DNA of 64,000 bases, from contig OX597827.1 in the NCBI GenBank assembly GCA_951406725.2, positions 33,542,001-33,606,000 on the forward strand, in the 5' to 3' direction. Positions 17,330-30,540 of this stretch are shown here, piece after piece (position 1 is the stretch's first letter; every line of letters begins with the position of its first letter). A program made the translations under genes and the position numbers. Source of the stretch: Octopus vulgaris (taxonomy: Eukaryota). The notes beneath the pieces were generated by a model. It did not search any database. It saw only the letters and a program-made list of their open reading frames with translations, and had not been told where the DNA came from.

Positions 17330-18763
17330 GAACTCTCTTGCTGAAGACAAAGTATGAGCATTTGGCTATTGCTAAATGATTTGCTTATAGTGGTCAAATG
17401 TTCCTGCAACTCATTAGCTCACTCTCTATATTAAAACAACATCTGAACAGGTGCACTGTGTACCATGCATCAGGTATCAAAGTGGTCACAGAACAATGTG
17501 AGATGAAGTGTTTTGCTCAAAATCACAATTCATCACCTCGTCTAGGAATTTAAACCATATATATATATCTGTGTGTGTGTGTAGATATATATGTATGTAT
17601 AATCATGATCATTTTACAGTTGCTTTCCTTGCTGACAAACATTGGATACATTTTTATTGAAGACTGCTGTTCATAGGTATTATTTGACCTGTTTTGTAGG
17701 GCTTGATGCCTTCCTGTTACCAAGCTGTACAGTTTGTACTGGGTGTTTTTTGGTCTCATGGAACCAATTGTAGATGAGTTGAATAGAGGAACCTCACAGC
17801 CCTGCACATTCTCGGCACATTTGCCAACCACTCTATAGTATACACTAGGTGCAGTTTTGTAGTTGCAACACTGGGGAGGTTTTCTTTCTTACCAGTTACA
17901 TTTAAGGAAACACTTTTGACTTTCTATTGTAAGACCTGTACAAATGGGTTGGTGTCCCGTATGCAAGACAATGTAGTAAACTAAGTGACGTGGACCATGG
18001 AAGAAGACTGTGACCAGAGAAAGTACAGCATGTGTGTACTTGCTGAAAGTACTCAATAGCCTTGGACATGTGCATTTGCTCTGGTGACCAAGGAGGGAAT
18101 TTGAAGAAAGAGCAATGGAATCAGATACATGCATAGTGTGTATGTGTATATGCACCTACACATGTATGTCGGCTATGTATGACTATGTATGTCGGCTCTG
18201 AGTGCTACTGATAACATGTGACCTTGTACAGCCTGTTGCATGGTTGGGCCATCAGCAACTAAACTGGCAACCCCACTAAGCCTGGTAAGGTGAGTGGTTT
18301 TCATTGGACTCCCTTCATGACAAAAAAAAACCTACTAAAAGATAAATGAACACTGTAGAGTTGCCATCCAACCAATAGGTGTTTAGGCATCACTTTAGAG
18401 GAAAACTTTGATGTATCACCTACATCCTCATTTTTTTATTTTGGTCAAATGCATATATTGTTTTGAGAGAGAGAAACATTTATTGTTTTGAGAGGCATAG
18501 CTTGATTTTAAACATCTCTATTATTTGCTGCGTACTATGTCTGACTATAACTGGAAAAAAAGGCAAACACTAAATGACAAATCAGTGTGGGAGATACTCT
18601 TTGAACACCTACTGCAAGAGTCACCCATCATTGCCTCATCTGTTAAAAGAGTATAGGTCCCTAGCAGGACTGAAAATCACATCTGTGCTGCTCAGTTGCA
18701 ACCATCGTATATGTATATATATGTATATATTGTACTCAGTATATATGTAGACCTTTGACCGTC

Positions 18764-18804
<41 letters not shown>

Positions 18805-19059
18805 TATATGTCTGTTTGTCCCTCAGCACTGCTTGAGAACTGGTGTTGGTGTGTTTATGCCGCTGTAACTTAGCATTTCAGTAAAAGCGGCCAATAGAAT
18901 AAGTACCAATCTTTAAAAAATTAGTATTGAGGTCAGTTCATTCAACCAAAAATTCTTCAAGGCAGTGCCACAGCATAGCTGTAGTCTAATAACTGAAACA
19001 AGTTAAAGATAAAGGTAAAGTGAAAGCAGAGGTGACTAGTTCACTAACTAGTGTGTGTA

Positions 19060-19844
<785 letters not shown>

Positions 19845-20962
19845 TAGCACGCAAATAGTGAGCGGTGTTCCACAGGGCACTGTTTTGGGACCACTACTGT
19901 TCATAATGGCCCTCTCAGACATGCCCTCAGCCACGCGGAGAGCCACGATCACAAGTTATGCAGATGATACAAAAGTTTCACAGGCAATACAGAACCCTGA
20001 AGACACTAGGCACCTGCAATATGAGCTGGACGAAATATACAAGTGGGCTGAAAAGAATAGCATGCAGTTCAATGCTGAAAAGTTTCAAGCTTTATACTAT
20101 CAGCATGCAAAACTGAATGCAATACCCAAGGAATACACTGGACCCGGAGGGATAGCAATCCCAGAGGCACAATCAGTGCGTGACCTGGGTATTCACATGA
20201 GTGATGACGCGACCTTTCATGTACATGTTGCTAAACTGACAGTGAAATGCAGACGGCTGGCTGGATGGATTCTTAGAACCTTTAGAACAAGAGAACAAGA
20301 AACCATGATGGTCCTCTGGAAGACACTTGTCCTAAGTCACTTTGACTATTGCTCTCAGCTATGGTCACCATCCAGTGTCAAGTTGATCACAGAACTTGAG
20401 GCGATCCAACGAAGCTACACGAAGAAGATAGCCTCTATGCAGAATGTAAGCTACTGGGAAAGACTCAAGAGATTAAAATTATATTCCCTGGAGCGTAGGC
20501 GGGAAAGATATGCCATAATATACATCTGGAAGATCCTGGAGGGAAGTGTCCTGAACTTTGGCATCGAGAGTTACGCAAACGCCAGAACTGGGCGCCACTG
20601 CGTGGTGCCTAGGACTCCAAACTTGCCATCAAGATGTAGGACAAGATTCTGTGATAGCCTGGGCTTCCGAGGCCCACAGCTCTTCAATATCCTCCCGATG
20701 AACCTGAGAGACCTGCATGGGGTGGATACAGATGTCTTTAAAATGGAGCTGGATCTCTTCCTGTCAGGTGTCCCAGATGAACCAACTTCACGGCAGGAGG
20801 GGCAGATGAGGGCAGCTGCATCGAACTCTCTCATGCACCAAATAGCAGTTGCTAGAAAGCCTCCATGAAGTGAAACCAAGTAGCAACACCAAATGGCGGT
20901 GCCCCAGCATGGCCACAGCTCATAAGCTGAAACTGGAATCAATCAATCAATCAATCAATCAA
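19845..20962 (+). mobile_element. 5'-truncated CR1-clade LINE: uninterrupted RT C-terminal ORF (stop 20868), 3' UTR, (AATC)n tail
   Basis: [52 protein letters not shown]; about 340 codons without a stop. Confidence 0.95.
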
Positions 20963-21600
<638 letters not shown>

Positions 21601-22434
21601 TGTCTATATTCATATATGTGTAGATATTTGTAAATGTGTGTGTTCGTGTATATGTACAGATAGATATATGATTGAGTGAATATATTTAAGAATGTAATAT
21701 GTATAAGAGTATGTGTTCTAGAGTAGGAAGATTGGCGACAACCCATGCCCCTTTAACCCTTTAATATGGTGTCTTATCTGTACATTTGTTCTTTATTTTT
21801 ATTTTATTTGACCATGCATAAACCTTGACCATCATTGGGTGAAGGGGCACTGTAAAGTAATTAAGATAGCAACTCAAAAATAAGTCATTTTGAACTAGTT
21901 TCCCTCTGTGTCTCTCACCCAGTTCCCCTATACATTCTGTTGTGCTTTCTCAAAGTTTCGCTTTTTCCATCATGATTGTTGGTGAACTAGTCACTTCTAT
22001 TTCTGCCTTACTTGTTTATATGTTTAAAATTTACCTGAAGGTGGCAAGTTTTTGCTATGGGGAAAATCTAAGAATGCATCAATAAAATGCTGCTGAAACA
22101 GCTGTTGTGAATTTTGAACCTCATTTGTGTTCTGTATATATATACATATATATATATATATCACTGATATTATGCAAAAGTGTCATAAGTCCAAAACATT
22201 GCTTTTTCAGAAAACAAAAAAATAGTTCGCCATTCCATAGCAAAACCATTGTACTACACTTTGACAACTTTTGATATTTTGGCATCTGAAGCGGCTGGAG
22301 ATAAATATTGAAGCAAAAATGTATATTGAAAAGAAGCACATTTAGCCAAATTTGAACGTACAACAGTTTAACATAATATAATGTGTGTTGCATACGTATA
22401 TGTATGCTTATATATACAAATACATATATATATA

Positions 22435-22707
22435 ATACAGTTCTTTATTTAAGAGATGAGGAATTATGTACATGATTTACAGTTGACAGATTTACAGTTT
22501 GTCCTCATCTTGTTTGTTGTTAACACAACATTTCAGTTGATATACCTTCTAGCCTTCATCAGTGTCTTTGGGAAATTTTGAACCTGGGTTCTCATTCCTA
22601 AGGTATTTTTCAATGTTATTATTATTACTCAGGTCACTGCCTGGAATCGAACTCGGAATCTTGGGGTTAGTAGCCCATGCTCTTAACCACTACGCCGTCA
22701 ATTGTAA

Positions 22708-22711
<4 letters not shown>
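22435..22711 (-). mobile_element. Short element with tRNA-like head (22630-22696) and decayed hammerhead (22522-22566)
   Basis: Minus strand GGCGTAGTGG...GAGTTCGATTCC, then GACA-CTGATGA-A-GGCT...AACT-GAAATGTT-GTGTT; short inverted terminal segment 22697-22711. Confidence 0.65.
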
Positions 22712-22755
<44 letters not shown>

Positions 22756-23084
22756 TAAATAATAAGCATAGAAATTGATATTAATCAGTGGCTTAGCATA
22801 TTTAAAAAATCCCAAGATTCAAAATTGTGTTAATTTTGTATATATATGTATATATAAAACATGTTGCATATGTATATGTATGCTTATATATACAAATACA
22901 TGTCTATATACATATAAATACATATATATATATATATATATAAAACGTATGATGTGTATATGTATATTTGTGTATATACACAAATACATAAATATATACC
23001 TGTAAATAAATGTGTATACATAGACACACACACACAATGTGTGTATTAATATCTATACAATACAGTATTATAAATCCATTTCAA

Positions 23085-23205
23085 ATGATGATACAAAAGT
23101 ATCATAAATAGTCAAAGACCCTGATGATAACTTAGAACTACAGAAAGACCTGAATGCAATATGCAAATGGGCTGAAAAACATGCAGTTCAATACTGACAA
23201 ATTTA
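23085..23205 (+). mobile_element. CR1 RT fragment
   Basis: DDTKVS*IVKDPDDNLELQKDLNAICKWAEK then MQFNTDKF. Confidence 0.8.
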
Positions 23206-23229
23206 ACTGGAATTTGTTGGAAATAATCC

Positions 23230-23900
23230 TCCAGGACCCGTTTGAATGTTAAAAGAGTTTTTTTTTCTTAGTGTCTTAACATGATATTAAAGTAAGCAGG
23301 TCCAGTTGAGGTGAAATAGTTGTCTTAGTACTTCAGTGTAACGCGAACTTGATTTTTGTTGAGAACATATAGCATGAGTACCAAGCCTTAGTTGAATTTT
23401 AAAGTTGATGCCAACATCGTTTGGGCAGAACTATAGAAATATTTTTCACATCATACAAATGATATAATGCACATGGCAACATTGTGGGGAATAAAGTTTG
23501 AGTTTCTTGAGATGATCCCAACAATCAATACATATCATGCCATCTATTTTCCTTGTGATTGATATCTGGGGTGCTTCTATTTTTATATTCTGTTTCGGGT
23601 AGGGTGACCACAGTATTCAAGGTGAGGACAGGCGAAGGTGGAGAAGAGAAAGATAATGTTAGGAGCATCTCTTGACCGAAAAGTCCTCAGGGTCCAGGAG
23701 CACACCATGTCAACTTTGTTCTTTATGTGGGTGCTGCGGTTTAAGTTGTCGACAGCTACTCTGAGGTCTCTAGTGGTGTTTGATACCATGAGGTTTTTGC
23801 CTGAGGGAAGAGTGTATCGTAACTTAAGTGCAACCTCTTTACCGAAGTAGATTAATTCAAATTTATTCTTGTTTAGCTGCATATTGTTTTTCTGCCTATC
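23230..23900 (-). mobile_element. Degenerate CR1 RT C-terminal fragment
   Basis: NNMQLNKNKFELI, TRDLRV, WTLRTFRSRD, PHLEYC. Confidence 0.8.
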
Positions 23901-25294
23901 ATATATAAGATTTGGAAGAACACACACTCACATACAAAGAAAGAAAATGAACTCAATACATGAGTGACTTGAATGTTGAGAATTTTGTGTGTGGCAATTA
24001 TCGATAAGGACAGGTCCTTGCATCACTTTCGTAACTTTCTGTTCATTTTAAATGAAAGGATGTATGTGTGTGTGTGCGCTTGCGTGTTTATACAAAAGTG
24101 TGTGTGTGTATATAACACATACATATGTATCTATGTACATATATAGAAGTATACACAAACACACATATATAATTCTAAAAGATCGTTATCAATATTTACT
24201 TCATATCAGATATTAGCTTCCTATGTAATTTTTATGCGAATAAAAATTTAAATAGAACACAAAATATACAATAATGATGTTGATTGACTTTTGTATAACC
24301 TATTAGGTTGATGAGTCACTTTGAAACTAAGCCCTTTTGATAACAACTGATTGATTACATTAAGCAGAGGACATAACAGTATCCTGAGCATGATTATGGC
24401 ACTTTGATTTCAATAACAATAACTGTTTCATATTATCCGTATCTTATACACACAGACACACACACACATATATATAATTGCATTCTCAATATATCAAAAT
24501 TAATTAATAACTCATAATAATGGTGATGATAACTTGTTTGTAACTAAAATAGAATAATCTATTGAAACAACACAGTAATTTCAATACTGAAACTTTAGCA
24601 ATGCCTAAAACAGATGTGTGTGTGTGTGGATGGTGTGTCTGTTTCTAAATTACATTCTGTAGTTAGGATTTCTTTTTTCTCATTAGATGGCGGAAAAGAT
24701 GAGACTTACATTTGATCCTTCTACAGCATATATGTTTAGGGCATCAAAAGTTTTGGGAGTTTGTTTCTATCATATATTTTCTAGATTGAAAGGGTTATAT
24801 ATATATATATACTTCTGTATGTGTATTTAGAGTGACTTTTTTGTGTGACTGAATGAAAAACCAATTTGCAAAGTAAAAAAAGAGGGAGAGTCTAAATAAA
24901 GAAAGCAGCTTCAATAGTTGAAAACAAACATACACACACATGCCCTATTTCCTACACACATGTGCACGTAATTACGCACATATATAATACACACAAACGT
25001 GTATAAGTATGGTGACTGGAGACAAGTGGTGTGAGAACTGCTTTATTTTGTTGTTTGTGTTTTTAGTGTATCTTTGATTGGGTCCATACGGCCATCATCA
25101 ATATATAAACTAATATATATTCCACACATTTGTTAATCATATATGAATGCATGCTTACCAACCATCTGCATTTATATATTCTACCTTTCTCTCTACCTGG
25201 GTGTTTATATATTATATACACACACACACATTCAAATTATTTATGTAATATATATATTTATATGCAGTTATGTACATATCACATCATAGTCACC

Positions 25295-25335
<41 letters not shown>

Positions 25336-25862
25336 CACACACATACATGTATATATATATATATATGTGAATATATATATATATGTATATACATGTGCGT
25401 ATATATAAATATATATGTATATACATATGTGTGTGTATAGATATGTATATATATATGTATATTGCAGATATATATATATGTATAGATATGCATAGATATG
25501 TATATATGTACACACACACACACATACATTCTTTTATTTTTTAATTGATTCAGTCACTTTACTGTGGCCATGCTGGAGCACTGCCTTTAGGCAAATAAAT
25601 CGACCCCAGGACTTATTCTATTGGTCGCTTTTGGTGAACATAGTTATGGGGACATAAACACACCAGCATCGGTTGTCAAGCAATGGTGGGGAGGGGTCGA
25701 ATTCAGGCACACACACACACACACACACATATGTATATACTCCTGTGCTTATATATATTAATGGTAATGGTAAGACAACAAAAGAATAAATGAGACTTCA
25801 ATATTATGTAAATAGAGGAATTTATTTGTCATATAATATGTGGCAATTATTCGGCTGCCATA

Positions 25863-25921
25863 ATAAGACTTTGAGTTTTGGATGTCAGTGCGGAAAACTG
25901 CTCTGGCATCTCATCAGTTAT
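25863..25921 (-). ncRNA. Decayed hammerhead motif in a short repeat (about 25765-25930)
   Basis: ATAA-CTGATGA-GATGCCAG...CTGACATC-C-AAAA-CTCAAAG-TC-TTAT; GAAA reads AAAA. Confidence 0.6.
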
Positions 25922-26940
25922 AGAGGCAATCAAAAATTGCTATGAAAATGACCATTGAACAAAGGAAAATTACTATGTAATTGATTGTTGACAAAAGAGC
26001 TGTTGCACATATGGGTATGTGCGCCTGTGTGTGTAGTTGTGCATGTGTGCAGATTTATATATACGTGTACATGCATATATATATATATATACATGTATAT
26101 ATCATCGTCGTTTAATGTCCGTTTTCCATGATTGCATGGGTTGGATGGTTTGAGTGAGGGCTGGCAAGCCAGAAGGCTGCACCAGGGTCCAGTCTGCTCT
26201 GGCAACATTTCTATAGCTGGATGCCCTTCCTAACACCAACCACTCTGATAGTGTAGTGGGTGGTCTTATGTGCCACCGGCACGAGGACTAGAATGGCGGT
26301 ACTTGCATTGCCCACACTCGAAATCGTGCTTTGTAAGTGCCACCGGCACAGGGGCGAGTCAGCCGGCACAAGCAACTCTCGAGATGCTTACACACATATA
26401 AATGTACTTTCACACAATGCAGTGAGAATGAATTTTGAGTAATCTTTAATTTAATTTACTTTAAGGTATGGCTGACTTAAGTTTACTTTTAACCTCCTCA
26501 TTCTTATAAACACCAAGTAGATGGCTAACTTGCTTTTTAATCATAAGTGCACCAAACCTCGTGTGCATCCGCTCACATTTTTGCAAATGTTTGTATGAAT
26601 GAGTGTACACGTGCCATGCAGCTTGCCTAAGGGTGTTTATACATCCATATCTGTTAACGGTTATTTTTAATACTTTTCTTGCCGGATTGCATGTTCGTTT
26701 CTCGTTTTGCCATCTGTGACTTCATTTTTGATCTTCTATATAAATGAAGATATTGCCTCCATCTGGCTTGTTTTCTTTCTACAAAACAGAAAGTTGCATT
26801 GCGAAACAGTCATTTTAACGAGTTGTACTTATTTTATCACTTGACAATAACCAGTTGTTGAGTGTTCCACACATGAGGAATTGATGCTAGATGTGTCGAA
26901 GCAATTGTGATTACTAATAAATTCTTGTATATTCCATCTT

Positions 26941-26990
<50 letters not shown>

Positions 26991-27496
26991 GTGTGTGTAT
27001 GTATGTATATATATATATACACATTCAATCTGTCGCCACTAATACTACCACGACACTGGACACACACACACACTACTACTCAACACACGCTGGCACGCTA
27101 CATACGCCCCCACCCCTTCCCCTCCCTCCCTTCCTCCTTCCTCCCTTTTCTCACTACTGACCTTTGTCTGCTATGCTGCTGCTATGCTGACCACCGTCTC
27201 GCCCTACCTCACACGCCTACACACAGACGCACACACTAACACATACATATATTTTTTGTTTTTTTACCTCGCCTCACACACACACATACACACACGCACA
27301 CGCACACACTCACACATACACACACATCTGTTGCGTTACCAACCTTGTCTCCACTCTTTTGCCTTTAAAAACCCACTTTGCTCTTGTTATCGTAAACATC
27401 CGCCTTTCACCATGTGCTACTCCTAACACCAGCCGTTTTTTCTCTATCTCCGTTGCCCGCTCCGGGATCTTTCTTTCCTCTCTCTTCCTTCTTTAT

Positions 27497-27531
27497 GTTT
27501 CCGACGAAGAGCTCCGCTCGAAACGTCATAC
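27497..27531 (+). ncRNA. Minimal hammerhead variant (CCGACGA core) in a short repeat family
   Basis: GTTT-CCGACGA-A-GAGC-TCC-GCTC-GAAA-CG-TC-ATAC; decayed copies at 42386-42420 (-) and about 16850-16883 (-). Confidence 0.55.
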
Positions 27532-27617
27532 CTCCCTGCTTCCATTTCCTGAGCGCCTATTAATAATAATACTGTAATTGTTCCCTTGTTGTTGTTTTTT
27601 TGTTTCCCGTTTGGATT

Positions 27618-27673
<56 letters not shown>

Positions 27674-27741
27674 GTGTGTGTATGTATGTATATATATATA
27701 TACACATGTGTGTGTGTATGTATACACACACACATGTATAC

Positions 27742-27844
27742 ATAAAATTCAAGCTGTAATTACTGCTAAAGGTGGTCCTACTCCATATTAAAATAAATTT
27801 GTTTTTAAATTTTAAGGTACTTCCATTATTTTGTCCAACCCCTG
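27742..27844 (+). mobile_element. Tc1-like transposon 3' end
   Basis: QAVITAKGGPTPY* C-terminus followed by TIR ATTTTGTCCAACCCCTG and TA. Confidence 0.75.
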
Positions 27845-27920
27845 TAGGTATATATATATATATATAAACATACATGTGTGTGTGAGTGTCTGTGTATATA
27901 TATATATAGACACACACTCG

Positions 27921-27975
<55 letters not shown>

Positions 27976-28308
27976 TAATATTATTAATAGTTAGGGGATG
28001 TAATAATTCCAAGCTAACAGGGGAAAAAATTTCAATTTAGCACACTAAATCAAAATTCACAATATATATATATATATATTATATTATATTAAATTAGAGA
28101 TAAAACCACTATTAGGCAAATCAATATATATATATATAATTTAGAGACAAACCGCTATTTAGTTATTCCATTAAAAGTGAAAAGATATTACCTATAATAA
28201 CCACATAGAAATTAATTAAATATCTTATAATTATCATACTAAAAATCTAATAACAAATCAAGCATTAGGTTGACTACACGTGTTTCATGACTAAATATAT
28301 AAATCGAT

Positions 28309-28490
28309 ACTCTTTTACTTGTTTCAGTCATTTGACTGCGGCCATGCTGGAGCACCGCCTTTAGTCGAGCAAATCGACCCCGGGACTTTGTAAGCCTGGT
28401 ACTTATTCTATCGGTCTCTTTTGCTGAACCGCTAAGTAGGGGGACATAAACACACCAGCATCGGTTGTCAAGCAATGCTAGGGGGACAAA
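28309..28490 (-). mobile_element. SINE family A 3' half within the PLE
   Basis: TTTTACTTGTTTCAGTCATTTGACTGCGGCCATGCTGGAGCACCGCC. Confidence 0.9.
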
Positions 28491-29811
28491 AAGAGTAAAA
28501 GATAATAAATTTAATGTGGTTAATGATAATATGAAATATAATAATATAATAAATAAAAGTCATGTTAACAATAAGAATGAAATTTGATTAATTATTCCTT
28601 ATGGGGCTCAAGTTAAAAACAAACATTATTAAATAGATATTAAAACTAATTGAATTATTCATTGTAGATAATAAAAAATATATTTTTTCTAATAATAATT
28701 TTGGAGTTGGTTATTCTAATACTAATAATGTTGGTAACATTATTTCATCTTTTAATAGTTTATTAGAATTAATAGAATTATATAATTCCAATAATACTAA
28801 TGACCAGAGTTTAATTAATTGTATGTGTAGAGATAAGATGAAATGTGAATTTAAAAATAAATGTAACTTGGCTGATGTAGTATATAAATGTGTAGTGACT
28901 CTGATAGATGATAATATTAATAGGAATAGTTATAATATAAATGCGATTTACGTGGGGTCAACGTCTAATAAAATTAAATTAAGGGTGGCCCAACACATGC
29001 ATTCATTTAAGAATAAAACATTGATTAATTCTATTGGCCTTAGCAAATATATTTGGGAATTAAAATCTAATTTTAAGTATAATTTAAAATGGGAGATAGT
29101 TTGTAAAGTTAAATCTTATAGAATAGGTAATAATTTTGTTTACTATGTACAAATGAATTTATGGAGATATTACGATCTTAAAAACAATTGATTAATTCCC
29201 AAGATGAGAGAAAAATTAAATGTAGACATAAGTCGAATTAATTATATAATAAGTTTAGATAATTTGTGAATATATATAACTTGATTTATGTTATTAATTT
29301 ATGTAGTTATATTATGTAGTATTATAATGAGTATAAATTAGTTGTAGGTTATGTAGTGTATGAACATAATTAGAATAAGTTTAAACCAAGGGATTAATAT
29401 AAGTAATTGAAGCATATATAGTAATTTATGGACATTTAATTAATTTTATATTTTTACATATAATGTAGTTTTAAATTATTGGGAATTTAGAATTTCCCCC
29501 CGTAAATGGTATATTACGTCACGTTAATTTGATTATTTTTATTTTCATTTTATTGTTAAATACATATATCTATTTATTTATTGTATATTTATTGTTTACG
29601 TCATGTTTTACGAGATCGTTTTTTTTCTATAATGCTAGATTGTAAGATTAAAGTTTAAAATTTCTTTTAACTGGTTTTCATAAATAAGATAAGTTATGTT
29701 TTTACTTTACATTAATATTGTTAAATTTTATTGAATTATTTACTGTTAATATACATATATTTATGTATTTATTGTCTTATTATAATATCTAAATTTATTT
29801 ATGTTATTTTT

Positions 29812-29919
29812 TTGACCTGAAGAGTGGCTAAATATTTTTTAATTGAATTAATATTGAATTTAAAATTAAATTTTAATATTATCGATTTATATATTTAGTC
29901 ATGAAACGTGCGTAGTCAA
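29812..29919 (+). ncRNA. Hammerhead ribozyme in the PLE pseudo-LTR
   Basis: Stem I TTGAC/GTCAA; CTGAAGA; 12-bp stem II GTGGCTAAATAT/ATATTTAGTCAT; GAAA; ACGTGCGT stem III; UH=TA. Confidence 0.8.
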
Positions 29920-30043
29920 TTTAAAGTTTGATTTGTTAATAGATTTTTAGAATAATAATTATAAGATATTTAATTAATTTCTATGTACTTATAGATAATA
30001 TCTTTTCACTATTGATGGAATAACTAAATAGCGGTTTGTCTCT

Positions 30044-30083
<40 letters not shown>

Positions 30084-30084
<1 letters not shown>

Positions 30085-30540
30085 TAGCAGAGATACCTGT
30101 TGTTGCTTGAGATTAAAATGACATCATTACAATTATGTTGAAACAGGTCATATAGGAAAGTGCAGCATTGAGAACAAAACATTTGTGGAGTAAATGATGG
30201 GCTAATTTGACTAAGTGACATGCTATGTGGTTGTTCATTTGTGGTTTACAGAGAACTAATGAGGTGTTTGACTTGCTCTTGAACTTTGAAGTCAGCGTAA
30301 ATTCATGTTTAACTATCTTAGGTCCAGTAAGCGATGTCATCATTTGAAATGCAGAGTTGTATTGTCTGATATTGTTTGGAAAATCCTTTGACTGGATGGA
30401 AGGGCCTTGTAGAAGTTCCATAAGAGGCTGAGGAGGAGCTGATAGTGCTGGCAATCTTACCTGATCAAGTGAGCAGCACATGCCATTTGTTTCATTTGAA
30501 AATTTTAAAGTGAAACAAACAAAATGAAACATAGTTATGA
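30084..30540 (-). mobile_element. Helitron remnant with Rep/helicase N-terminal fragment and CTAG 3' end
   Basis: NGMCCSLDQVRLPALSAPPQPLMELLQG...NNIRQYNSAFQMMTS; terminal CTGCTAG|T; may extend to about 31500. Confidence 0.8.

Larger units (their letters stand above)
28135..30050 (+). mobile_element. Penelope-like element remnant with GIY-YIG endonuclease and inverted pseudo-LTR
   Basis: ORF 28823-29191 CxCR..C..KC..VVYKC...IYVGST..KLR..H..SF...LSKYIWELK...KWEI (Neptune-like); 28135-28308 is an inverted copy of 29880-30050. Confidence 0.85.

Noticed and set aside
17640-18110. Possible decayed GIY-YIG/PLE fragment on the minus strand
   Set aside because: Only faint motif resemblance (LVYYIV, LFNSS); not supportable by eye
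22630-22696. Functional tRNA gene
   Set aside because: 5' acceptor strand missing and ACT anticodon atypical; better explained as a SINE head
26836-26911. Possible U3-A8 hammerhead (ATCAC-TTGACAA...GAAG-CAATT-GTGAT)
   Set aside because: Stem I pairs but stem II is poor and GAAA reads GAAG; needs a family consensus
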